DNA from: Camelus dromedarius
Lineage: Eukaryota
Reading direction: 5' to 3'
DNA length: 64,000 bases
NCBI RefSeq assembly: GCF_036321535.1
Contig: NC_087436.1
Location: 60,700,001 to 60,764,000 of the forward strand
The position numbers and the translations under genes were made by a program. The notes under the pieces were generated by a model, which saw only the letters and a list, made by a program, of their open reading frames with translations, was not told where the DNA came from and ran no database searches. This document shows, in pieces, positions 24,601 through 36,439 of the stretch (its first letter is position 1; each line of letters begins with the position of its first letter).

Positions 24601-26160
24601 GAAGTAGAAACAATGGAACCAAAAAAATGTTGACATATAGAAAACAAAAAGTCAAATAACAGATATAAATTCAACTATATCAACAATAACATTAAGTATG
24701 AAGGCATCAGACAATCCAATCAAAAGGCTGAGATCACCAGGCTGTATAAAAAAGCAAGATCCAACTGTATGCTGTCTACAAAAAACACTTGTAATTCAAA
24801 AATACAAAGAGGCTGAAAGTGAAAGGATGGGAAAAGATTCAACCAACAATCAAATCAAACTGGAAGATATATACTAATAGACTTTAAAATCTAAAATAGA
24901 ATTTAAAATTTAAAAATGTTACTACAGATAAAGACATTTTGTATTGATAAAGGACTCAAACCATTAGAAAGACATAGCAATTGAAAAAAATGTATGAACA
25001 GAGCCCCAAAATACATGAAGCAAAAGCTGACAGAATTAAAAATGTAGACAATTCAACTATAGTAGCTGGAGACTTTTAATAATGGATACAACTAAGCAAA
25101 AAGTCAATTTTAAAAAAAACAGAAGACTTGAACAACGCTGTAAACCAATTAAACCTAACAGACATCTATAAATCACTCCACCCAATAACAGCAGAATACC
25201 ATTCTTTTCAAATGCACATTGAATATTCTCTAGGATAGACCATATGTTAGGCCATAAAATATGCCTCAATAAATTTAAAAGTATTGAAAACATACAAACA
25301 CGTTCTCTGATCCCAGTGCAATGAATTTAGAAATCAATTTCTACAGAAATTTGGGAAATTCACAACTAAATGGAAGTTGAATAACATACTCCCAAACAAC
25401 CAATTAGTCAAAGTAGAAATCACAAATGAAACTAGAAACTCATTTGAGATGAATAAAAATTAATTCACAATATGACAAAAGAAGAAAGATCTCAAATCAG
25501 TATATTAGCATTCCACCTTAAAAGACTGGGAAAAGAAGAGCAAACTACAGTTCTCCTTCTGTAAAGTCTTCCTTCTGATTAAAGTTTACTTTAATCTATA
25601 TTCTTAGAAAGTCAGACTACCAAAAATGACTCAAGAGCAATTTTTTTAAAGTATAAGATCTATAATGAGTTAAAAGATTGAATTAGTAATAAAATTTCCC
25701 CCCAAATAAGCTTAGATCCAGATGATTTCACTGATAAATTCTACCAAATATTTAAAGAATTCTTTGCAAACTTTTCCAAACATTAGAAGAGGCAACACCT
25801 TCCTCATTCCATGATGCCAGTATTACCCTGATACCAACATCAAAGGCATCACAAGAAAACTATGGACCACTACCTCTTATGAATATAGACATAAAAATCC
25901 TCAACTAAATACTAGCAAACTAAACCCAGCAACATCTAAAAAGGATTACATAACCACGAGCCAGTGGAATTTATCCAAGGTTGGTTTAATACCCAAAAAT
26001 CAATTAATGTAATATACCATACCAATAGAATAAAGAAAAAAAACACGTGGTCATCTCAATAAGCAGGGAAAAATAGATCTGACAAAATTCAACATCCCTT
26101 CAAAATAAAAATAAACAAAAAATTAGGAATAAAAGAGAACTTCCCCAGCCTGAAAAAAAT
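21650..26160 (+). mobile_element. Large degraded L1 (L1M4/L1MB-like): 5'UTR, ORF1 remnant (~23040-23960), spacer, ORF2 EN/RT remnant (~24660-26160), internally deleted and 3'-truncated
   Basis: A-rich; ORF1 motifs (aatatgttcaaaga, tatctagcaaaacta); ORF2 motifs (tgctgtctaca, acagcagaatac, tattctctaggatagaccatatgttaggcc, ccagtattaccctgatacc, catctcaata); many stops and frameshifts. Confidence 0.9.
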
Positions 26161-26989
26161 CTCTCTCCAGTGCCTGGGATAAACCAGGGCCAGCAGTACC
26201 ATCAGGGTGCTGATGCAGACCAAGATCCTGGTGGTCACTCATCCCCATTTTTCTTCTTCAGGGCATTATACAGCTCTACCACCACCACCACCACCACCAC
26301 CACCACCACAATGTATGAGATTGACTACGGAGCCAGCCAGGGGCCCCTTAGCCCAATTTCAGAAAGTGACCTGGTGATAGGACCACTCTCACTAGCTAGC
26401 ATGAGGTTTATTTCACTGCATCACAGCATGGTGCTCGTGTGCCCATACTGAGTGAGTCTCACTCACAGCACACACTAGGCAAGTTCAGGGCTCTGAGCTA
26501 CCTTTGGGTATGAGCCATCTGTTGTGTGCGTTATCTCTCATTCTTCTATATGTCAGCTGTTGTTGACTGCAGGTTCCCTCTCTGGTTTACAGAATCCAAG
26601 AACAGTAGTAGTATCTGTAGGTCTCCTTTATCCTGAGAGTTCTCTACTGCTAGAACCCAGGACAGTTGTCCCATCCTCTCTGCAGGCTTCACGCTATGTG
26701 TCAGACAGTCCTCCATCTGTGGCTGCACCAATCTCTTCTGAAAGGTTTGAAGACATGTGCCCTGTGATGCCAACCAACCTTCTGATAGATGCCTTCTCTT
26801 GCCTGTAACCTATGTAGTGACATTGTACTACAGTGTCCCCAATCGGCCTTAAGCTATAATAGAAAGAGGGCAAAGATTTCTAGTGTGAATGGGACAGTTT
26901 TCACTCAGTACACAAGTGCTTTCTCTGCGTTCCCCACTGATGGCCTGATGTGGGAGGCAGGGCTGCAATCGACATAAAGAGAGGTTACA
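26161..26989 (-). mobile_element. Old LTR (~26312-26989) plus primer-binding region and ~150 bp of internal sequence; family uncertain (MamGypsy LTR81/85/88-like or ERVL)
   Basis: Minus strand: TGTAACC start, AATAAA about 95 bp before the ...CTCATACA end, followed at once by TTG-TGG... at the PBS position. Confidence 0.55.
26278..26307. repeat. (ACC)10 trinucleotide repeat
   Basis: Read directly. Confidence 0.95.
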
Positions 26990-27189
26990 ATCTAGGAGTA
27001 TTGTTATTACTATTCGAAGAGGTCTAGAAAAGACATGGTTCTATGTTTATGCTATAAAATTCTGAATGGTAATTTTATCATGATCAGGAAACAAATTATT
27101 ATTCACACTTTTCCAGAGACCCTGGGTAGAACTTGCATGTGTGGCTATCATCAATGAAGCACAGTAACAACCTTTGAGAGAGTCACCAA

Positions 27190-27712
27190 AAGCCACTGTA
27201 CACCAGCAGCTCTGCTGGGAGATAAAACATCCTTGGATTTCTTAGTCTTTCTGCAAAGAAACTTAGCCTCCTGAGATTTTTCATAGGCCATGAGAATTAG
27301 ACCATACTCGTCTGTCTAGCTAATTGCTCTGATACAGCTTGTCGGAGGTGCCCCAGGGCCCCAGGAAGACTGAAGGCTATCTCCCCAAGTATTTAGATTT
27401 CAAGATGGAACGAAGCCCAGGAATTTGGAAAGATACTTAGTTTGCAAAATCAGAGACACCAGGGAGTATTCGGCTCCTAGAGAGATTTTATTTACACATC
27501 CAAGGTTGAAGTTAGGATCCAGTCCCATTACTTTTCCAAGGAGGAGGACAGTTCCTTCCTTCCCCTCTTTAAGCAGAGAAATACTACTTTTTCCTGATCT
27601 CTCACCTATGGAGTGTCCAGCTCCTCATGTAGGACATTGAATCTGGCCCTCACTGTGTCACCCAAGGGTTAGCACTGGGGCAAGAAACTGGAGGCTTATC
27701 CACTTGTATCAC
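27190..27712 (+). mobile_element. Probable ERV1 LTR fragment (MER31/MER67-like)
   Basis: ccccagggccccaggaagac, ctgtgtcaccc...tggggcaag; recalled similarity only. Confidence 0.35.
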
Positions 27713-27729
27713 AAATGCCCCTAAAAGTT

Positions 27730-28080
27730 GTGTGCCAGGTAAGTGGTTAGGAGGGGGAAAAAAGCAGTGAGGAGGATAAGCATTATTATGACAGGATTAC
27801 AACTTCAAACAAAGTACGCGGGCTTTGTTTAAGGGCTCACTGAGGTTACATTTGAGTGAAGACCTGAAGGAGATGAGAGGACCAGGCATTCTGACATCTG
27901 AAGGAGCAACACTCCAGACACAGGGTAAGTGAGAGCAAATGCTCTGAATCTGGGCATAGCTGACAGTTTTTGAGGAAAACAAAGAGATCAGTGTGGTTGA
28001 AAAGGAAAAGAAGAGGAGGAGAATGGTAGCAGAAGGGACCAGAATGGTGTCTGGAGCCAGACCTTCTAGTACCTGCAGGA
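27730..28080 (-). mobile_element. L2 fragment
   Basis: acatttgagtgaagacctgaaggagatgag, tttgaggaaaacaaagagatcagtgtggttg, ggagccagacc. Confidence 0.75.
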
Positions 28081-29079
28081 CATCCTATTTAGATTCAGAA
28101 GAAACAGCACTGACGATTTACAGAAGTCATAAGCAAACAGGATTATTTTAGTTGAATTATTGCAACCAAACCGCACACAGGATTATTTTTTTCAGTAATA
28201 GATTATTCCAAATTCATTCATAAGGAAAGTAATAGCTTAGGAAGACAGGTTTAAAGTCTATTGCAACTCATAAACAGTCTTGGTTATGGATAGTAAAGGA
28301 TTCTGCTATTGATGATCAGATGATGATCTGGGGATATGTCACAGGCAGCAAAGAAAGTGACTTGCATTTCACAGTCAAAGGACTTTCTAAAATTATTTGA
28401 AAGCCATATAAACGCTATGACAAAAGTAGAGGGGACATGTCCTCATTTATAAGCTAGTGCTCTATTTTCCAATTAAAATTGAGAAAGAGAAAGAGAGACT
28501 GAGCAAGAAAATTGTCTTTTGCAGAACAGTAATTATCTCTGGGGAGAAAGACATGTAAAGAAGGAGTGGCTGTCATATTTTGTTTTCTATCTTTCTGTAC
28601 TATTCAACATTTCTGCTTCTATACTTTTGTAGACTTTTAACAACAGCAAGAGTTATCTGCTGGGAAACTTATGTTTTCTGTTTCACTTTATTCTTTGTGT
28701 CCACTGTATTTTAAGTGAATAAATGTTACATTATAAGCACTAAAATTAAAAGTTGTCTCAATATTAGTATTTCACGAGCAATAACAATAAAAAATTAAAC
28801 TATTCAGAACATTTCAAATAACGGCAAACATTTCAACAAACTGGTCTTTAAAAACACTTCCCATCTTCCCAAGATATGGCAGAACAGACAGAGCAAATGA
28901 GGATGGGTCTAGAACCAAAGAGAGCTATGCAGGAAATATCTTTCCTACAATATACCTTCCAATAACTCAAACTGCAGGAACAGCGCATGACACTTCCATT
29001 TACACTAACAAGATAATGGTTCTCCAAGTTCCACAGCACTTCATATTTCTTGTACTCATTATTGCATCAGAAAGAAACC

Positions 29080-29220
29080 ACTTAAATGCCTATACGCTTC
29101 AGTTTCTCACCTGTAAAATGGACACAATCACGTCTACATTTCAGAATTGTAAAAAGAATCTAAAACTCATCAGTAAACTGTAACATAGCACCTAACAGCG
29201 TGCTCAATAGAATTTAAGCA
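29080..29220 (+). mobile_element. MIR fragment
   Basis: cttcagtttctcacctgtaaaatgg. Confidence 0.6.
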
Positions 29221-29349
29221 AATTAAATGCCCAAGTTTGAGTAATTGCCTGAGTTTCCATAGCTTTTTAGAGGCAATGCCAGAATAAGAGTTGCTGGTGG
29301 AGGGCTTGCTTTCTGTTACACCACAAGCGTTAGGTTCTGGACCTCCTCC

Positions 29350-29525
29350 CTGCTCAGTCCGGCTTGTATTGGTTCATGAGAGCCAACTGTGTACAGCACT
29401 TCACAACTCTGCATTTGGTGACATTATACTGTTAATTAGAAATTGACCCTGATGGGTGTATTTACACCACAGAAATCAGCAAATGTTATAAATCAATGAT
29501 TTTCTTTATAGGGAAGCTATTCATG
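29350..29525 (+). mobile_element. MER63-like hAT (Blackjack) non-autonomous DNA transposon fragment
   Basis: ccggcttgtattggttcatgagagccaactgtg...gtatttacaccacagaaatcagcaaatg matches the MER63 consensus as recalled. Confidence 0.7.
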
Positions 29526-29904
29526 GGCAAACCTCCAATTGAGGCTCATACCACTTATCTAGGCTTGTAGATGTGGACCAAATGCACAGGTAGCATCTAT
29601 CACTTGGCTCAACATAATGAATGTGATGCAGACATCATCTTTTGGGGAGGCCACTAAGGATTTCAAGTCACAAGGTTCCACTTATAGTTGACAAAGTTTC
29701 TAATATGTATTTAATTATCTTGGGGCAACTTCCAAACTAGCTGATTCTCACGCTATAAGTCATTAGATGTCTTTTTAAAAATATCTTAGAGTATTTGTTT
29801 TCTAAATGTTGTCTTGCCCTATATTTCTTGAAGCCAGAATAAAAGGCTTAAAATCAGAGCATTGATTTTTTTTTTTTTTTCCCATCTCTTTTATGTTGGC
29901 AGTT

Positions 29905-30135
29905 CAGTGAAACTTCCCCTGGAGGCAGAATTCATTGTTCAGGCCTCTGTGCTCCCCAGCATCTTGCTCAGCTGTTAATACTGCACTTATCACATTGTGT
30001 AACTGTCAGATTTTTCCTGTCTCTTTTCTTGGCAGGATCATGGGCAACTCAAAAATCTCTCATTCACCTTACCACAACAAGCACCTAAAACGCTACCTGG
30101 CTCACAGTAGGCACTCCAGAACTGTTGAGTTCACT
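29905..30135 (+). mobile_element. L2 3' end
   Basis: gcacttatcacattgt...cctggctcacagtaggcactc. Confidence 0.7.
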
Positions 30136-31023
30136 TGAGCTAGCGCAGAAGGAAATAGACGTGATTAACTTCTTTCGATAGATATACCTCAATTAAAAGA
30201 AGGCTGCATTTTGGAAGGCTAACAATAAATTATTCGTCTAGGGATAATTGAACGATTCCTTCTATAATGACATTCAAACCAATAACACATGCAATAAGAG
30301 AAGGAAAAGATGGAACAGGGAGATTTTTGCCCAGGAGGTATAGAGACAGTGCACCTCAATTCTATGTGTTACCAGAAGACTTTGTGTTTTAAAACCACTG
30401 GCCTAAAGAGACTCTGTAGGCTTTTGGTAAAATGAGGATAATCATACCAACCTGACTTAAATCCCAAGGCTGATATGAGAACTAAATTAAAAAAATGTTT
30501 CTGAAAGTCCTCTACAAACTCTAACACACCAAATAAAAAGTATTTTTCTATTGACTGAGACTTACTTTGGAGGAAATTTGGAAATGTCTAATATTGCTAT
30601 AACTTTGAGATCCTGTCACTTCTTCAATATTACCTTTGGAAGCCTGTCTTTCCATGCCAAGATACACACTCACCAGGAGTTACCAATGAATGAATTCGGT
30701 TTCCTTTTTTCTTTTTTGTTTTGGTATTTAAAAAGCACTTGAATGGAACTGTAATATCATACTAACTAATTGGTACTGCCATCTAGTGATTTTCATAAAC
30801 CAATCAGCTAACTCCATAATATTTAGCTATCCAGATATTTAAACAAATTAAGTACACAAATAACTAATTTTCTGAAAATGACATTTACTTCTCATTTATG
30901 TGAAGCTTTCTGACATAAAGCTGTTTTATCTGAAAGCTGCTGTTAACATTTCTTTTAAAAATAACTTGCCACTAACATACTAACAATGTGTTGCATAGCT
31001 GCTTTGAAGCATCATAGCAGTCA

Positions 31024-31624
31024 TTATTGAAGTATAGATGACTTATAGTGTTGTGTTAGTTTCTGGTATACAGCATAGTGATTCAGTTATGTGCGTGTGT
31101 GTGTGTGTATTCTTTTTCATTATAGGCTATTACAGGGTTCCCTGTACTATACAGTAGGACCTTGTTGTTTACCTACTTTATATATAGTAGTTAGTATCTG
31201 CAAATCTTGAACTCCCAGTTTATCTCTCCTCACCCTCTTTCCCCGCTGGTAACCATAAATTTGCTTTCTATGCCTGGAAGTCTGTCTCTGTCTTGTAAAT
31301 AAGTTCATTTGTGTCCATTTTTCAGATTCCACATATAAGTGATATCGTATGGTATTTTTCTTTTTCTGGCTTACTTCATTTATTAAGACAATCTTCAGGT
31401 CCATTCATGTTACTGCAAATAGCATTATTTCATTATTTTTTATGGCTCAGTAGGATTCCATTTTATATATACACACACACACACACACACACATACATAT
31501 ACATGCACACACACATATGTACATATACACACATACACCACAATTTCTTAATCCAATCATCTGTCAATGGACATTTAGGTTGTTTCCATGTCTTAGCTAT
31601 TGTAAATAGTGCTGCTATGAACAT
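31024..31624 (-). mobile_element. 5'-truncated L1 (artiodactyl-like) in antisense, with internal (TA)/(CA) microsatellite
   Basis: ttattgaagtatag...tagtttctggtatacagcatagtgattcag...agattccacatataagtgatatc...gtaaatagtgctgctatgaacat; degenerate flanking repeat atagcagtcat (31014-31024) / atagctgtcat (31625-31635). Confidence 0.9.
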
Positions 31625-32349
31625 ATAGCTGTCATCATTAACTTTGCAAAGTTCTACCTGTTTCTGGAAGATTACTAAATCTTGATATCCATATTAGTAG
31701 TATTTCTTTTTCTGTATCAGAAGAGGAAGGGATTGTTTGGTGCCATTACAGGTAGAATTATTCCGGATTTGTTCAAACATTGTCAGTATGTCTTTCTCAG
31801 TCATCCAAATATTTGACTGTTAATGACAGTGATCAAGCAGTTGAAATCTGAATAAACTGCCATCCTTCTTATCTGATTTGTCAGGAATGTCAGCCTCTTG
31901 CCCAAGGAGCTTTATCATTAGAAGTGGAACAGGGGATCGTGTCCTGTGCTGGGAATACCACCTGAGGTCAACGTGTCATCACTGGCGGCTCACACAGTAA
32001 TACCAGGACTCAGCATGACGTGAGGCCTGCAGCCTGCATTCTTTCTAAGGCATGTGGCTTAAGAGATGTTTCCTGAGAGAGCTGATAGTGACCTAAGCAA
32101 ACCTGTTTGTCCAAAACCTCATAAATCTGGAGTCTACTTTTAATCACACTTTTCTCATATCACACTTTTTACCCAGCAATTGTTCAAAAACTGATAGTAA
32201 AATTTTTCTCCATCATCACTGATTTTCCTACATGGAACATTGTATCATTTCCTATATTTTAAAAGGATAAGGTAACAAAGCAAAACAAAAACAAAAACCT
32301 AGTTTCCCCGAATGCTGAAGGGCTTGTGCTTTGTGTTTTTACTCTGATT

Positions 32350-32595
32350 CACAGAAGGAAGTCAAGTCCCTCTCTCTCATGTGCTTTTAGCACTCTGTCT
32401 TACTGCCTGGAATTATTTATCAAAATAGTAATTTGATTAAACACCTGCAACCCTGCTGGAGTGCGGGCAATTTAAGAGCAGGGATGCACAGTCCCAACCT
32501 GGGCCATCTCTCCCTCCCCAGAGGCTAGCACAGCGTCTTCTCGCATAAGTAGGCACTCAAAAGAAAATACACTGCATGAAAAATAAATGAAGAAA
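32350..32595 (+). mobile_element. L2 3' end
   Basis: agagcagggat...ctagcacagcg...agtaggcactcaa...aataaatgaa. Confidence 0.65.
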
Positions 32596-34117
32596 TGCCT
32601 GAAGATAAGCCTTAAAGTTATATTTCTGTACATCACCTCTACCCATTACAAACCACACACAGTCTCTCACTATCATTTGTTTCTGAGCCCCGCTCTATGA
32701 ACCCAGCTCTTTCACTAATGAGCTATTACACCCTGTCCAAGCCAACTGCTCTCTTTGTGATCAACTTCCTCATTTGTGAAATCAAAATATTATAGTAAAA
32801 AAAACTGGTAATTTTAATCTCTTCCTTCTGTTTTGTAGATTATTGCCTTGGCCAGAACTAAAAGAACAGTGTTAAATAACAATGCGGATGGAAGGATGAG
32901 ACCCTGGAGTTTTAAAGACCTGGGTGACAAGCACTGTGATGTGACCAAAGATGTGTTGTCAGAGTTCTTTTTGAGAAGTATCCTTCTAAGGGTTCTAAGA
33001 TATTTTAAAGTCTTAGCGTCTAAGATGAAAATGAAGAAAATCGGATAGAGAAAAGGCATAGTTCCTTTTAAACAAGCTGCTATTCTAATGCTTTAAACCT
33101 AAATCCTGAATTATAATGCAGCAATAAAATCATTTGAGTGCTGGCAATTAGTTGTAAAAGACAGATGATCACACAGCCTTCTGAGGTAATAATTTGCAGG
33201 AAAGCCCATAGATTCAGTGTTTTAAGTACTCTTTTCATATTTGATCAATGTAATCTTCTTGTTCATTTTGATGATGTTAACATTAGGCTGCCTGAATCCT
33301 TTGATTTACTGCTAATTGTCAATTTCCAGGCCATGCTCAGCACATGCTCATGCCTGCATTCATAGATATAATTATGTGAATCCATCTCTTTAGCAGTCAA
33401 GGCCATAGATTTAAAATGTAGGTAAAATAGTAGCTTTGGGAAATGATTGTTTTCAAAACCTAGGGTTTCTTTTCATGATTTTTTAAAGAATCTATCTGAC
33501 AATGTATAGATAAATGCTTTGCCTTTATAGAACCAACCTAAATTCTTTTCCTCCACATGCAGTCTGGTATTTTCCAAACATTTAACAAGGGTTAATAAAT
33601 TTTAAATGATTTTCTCTCTGTCCATTGCTTCACAATGGAGGCCAGTTCTCCTCAGCACCTCCTCACAATTACTCACCACTTCCAGGAACTTAATGAGATT
33701 CAAATTCCTTCGTAGCTCAACCTCTCTGGTCTTTGCTCAATGGGCACATATACAAAGTAGCTGGGGATTTGGTAGAAAGGCCAACTGCCAACAACAAAGG
33801 TTAAAATTGAGCCCCTGATGTAGACACATTCCCAGGGTGACCAGAAGGCTGAAATGGGAATCTTTCAATCTGGGAGGTAGCAGCCATTTTTGTCACCGGC
33901 ATAGATATGTATTCTGCATACAGATTTACTTTCATTGCACCAGAAGTCTCTGCCAACACTGAGATTTCTAGGATTCCTTATTCCTCATTGCAGTTTCTCA
34001 CATACTATAACCTCTATAATTATTTTCTTACAGAAAATAATGAAGTATGAAAATAATGAACAATGAAGTATGGCAGTGTGTCTTGCCCAAAGGATTCCCT
34101 GCTATAGGAAAAAATCA

Positions 34118-35120
34118 GGTGGAGTTACATCAGCAAGATCGTAGACTAGGAGGTCCTAGATCTTGTCCCCCACTAAAACAATGACTTAACAACTTCCAGG
34201 ATGAAAATACCTCTGAGAGAGCTCCAGAGACCAATTAAGAAGCTGCAGCAACCCAGGAGAGAAAAAGAACAAGGATAACCATATGGAAGAGGGTGGAAAG
34301 AACTTTTTGATTTTAACTGCATCACCCCATTCGCCAGGCTGGCACAGCTCAATGGTAAGTTTCCTCATGGGGGAAAAGAAGAACAGAAGGACCCCAGCAG
34401 CCTGTCCACTTCCAGGGACCTCCACAGTCTTGCTGCTGAGGAATCCCACAATTTTCACTAATGAGAACCCCAGCTTCCAGAGCTACCAGAAGCCCAAGTT
34501 GGTACATCTTCCTGGAGCCAGAAGCACCACCAGTACCACCATGCACTACCGTCCAGCAGACACCACTGTGCATCCTCAGGATTTGGTGCAACCACACACT
34601 CACTGGACCCAGACGCCCCACGTGCAGCTGCCCTGGTGCCCACATGTACCTTTGAACCAGGTACTTGTCATCCCCTGACCAGAACTTGTGACCTTACACT
34701 CCCCTGAATCCAGCACCAGAGAACCTATATGCTCCCAGACCCAGTGCCACCACACAACCCCACCCAGCTGGCATCCTCATGCCCACCCACAGCTGAAAGT
34801 CCTTCCCTACTGAAGTTGGTATATCAAGTCTGGAGGAGGTACTACTTCTTCTCATGAGCAGACACCAATGTAAGGCTACAAGGAACACAGGAAATCAGGG
34901 AAATATGAAACCACCAGGGGAACACAATAAATTTGCAGTAACCAACCCCTTAAAATGGAGATCTATGAACTTTTTTGACAATTAATTCAAAATAATTATT
35001 TTAAAGAAGTTTAGTGAGCTTCTAGAGAACACAGATTGGCAACTCAATTATATCACAAAAACAATATGGGAAACAAGTTCAACAAAAGGAGAGAGGTCAT
35101 AAAAAAGAACTAAACAGAAT
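34118..35120 (+). mobile_element. L1 5'UTR and start of ORF1 (L1M2/M3-like), 3'-truncated
   Basis: cagcaagat..gactaggagg 5' start, GC-richer UTR, then aaatggagatctatgaac...aattcaaaataatt...aaagaactaaacagaa. Confidence 0.75.
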
Positions 35121-35393
35121 TCAGTTTCTGATAAAGGTTCTCCTGGCTTGAAGATGGCCACCTTCTTGCTGGTTCTCACATGGCCCTTCTTTTGCATGTA
35201 CTTGTGGAGAGAGAAAGAGAGCAGCCTGGTCCCTTTTCCTCCTCTTATAAAGACATCAGTCCTATCAGATTAGGGCTCCACCCTGACGACCACATTTAAC
35301 ATGAATTACTTCCCTGAAGGCACTATTTCCAGAGTCAGATAGGATGTTAAAGCTTCAACATAAATTTTTAGAAGGACACAGTTGATACCATAA
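35121..35393 (-). mobile_element. MLT1A-like MaLR LTR (3' LTR, truncated)
   Basis: tcctggcttgaagatggccaccttct...tctcacatgg...tcttataaagaca...gattagggctccaccct...ccataac. Confidence 0.85.
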
Positions 35394-36420
35394 CTTTCTG
35401 CCTCTGGCCCTTCAAAATTCACATCCTTCTAAAATTCAAAATACATTCACCCCAAACCAATAGCCCCCCAAAGTCTCAATACACTGCAGCATCAATTCAA
35501 GTCCCTAATATTAACTATATATCATCTAAATCAGTTATGGGTGAGATTTAAGGTATGATTCACCCTGATACGTAATTCGTCTCCAGTTGTGACCTTATAA
35601 AACCAGACAAGTCATGCACTTTCAAAATACATTGATGGCACTGGTACAGGGTAGACATGCCCATCTCAAAAGGAAGAAGTAAGAAAGAAGAAAGGGGAAA
35701 TAGGACCCAAGGACGTCTAAAACCTAGGAAAGCAAATTTCAATAGGCCTTAAGATTTGAGGATAATCCTCTTTGGCTAAGTGATTTGTCTCCAGGCCCAC
35801 TGGGGTGGCAGCATCACTCCCATAGCCCTGGGGCATTAGCCCCACCCTTCTCAGCTCTATGCAGGGCAGCCCGGTTGCTGAAACCAAAGAAGTGGGCCCA
35901 CCCTCTGGAACTAAGGAGGAAATGGCCTTGCGCCTGGGTCTGTGATGCAGGTGGTAGCCCTGATGATTTCTGAATTGCCTTTACGGCCATTCTTTCCTTT
36001 TCTTGCAGGATATAGCATGCCGGCAGTTCGTAACTCTATTATCCCATACTGCAGAATCCCAGAAGTCTGAAAGTCTTCCTTTATCTCTTCCTATCTCTGT
36101 CCCCTTCAGTTCAAGCTAGCAGTATCTCTAGTGGTATAATCCCATCTCTATCCCTGGCTCCTGCTGAGATTCTTGATTAAAATCCTGGGTAATCTCTTTA
36201 TGTGATTGCCCAGCCACATCCTTGGTGTTCTCTCCAGAACTTGCTTTCTCATTTTTTGCAATATGGATAGGCTGAGATTTTTCCAAATCTTCAAGTTCTG
36301 GTTCCTTTTGGCTTAACAGTTCCTTCAATTTATCTCTTTCCTTTCACATTAATATAAGCAGTGAAAAGAAACTTGGCCATATATGTAATACTTGGTTTAC
36401 AAATCTTCTCAGTAAATAAA
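35394..36420 (-). mobile_element. MLT1-int MaLR internal sequence with gag-like ORF remnant (36128-36328)
   Basis: Abuts the LTR; caaaatacattca, catctaaatcag, tttttgcaatatggataggctgaga; peptide ELLSQKEPELEDLEKSQPIHIAKNEK typical of the MaLR internal ORF. Confidence 0.8.
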
Positions 36421-36439
36421 TATTCATCACTCAGAAGAC

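Noticed and set aside
26170..26977. Cluster of ORFs with a poly-Thr tract that resembles a processed pseudogene
   Set aside because: No recognisable protein, poly(A) tail or TSD; better explained as an antisense LTR with an (ACC)n repeat.
34186..34888. Overlapping ORFs on both strands
   Set aside because: GC-richer L1 5'UTR sequence, where stop codons are naturally sparse.
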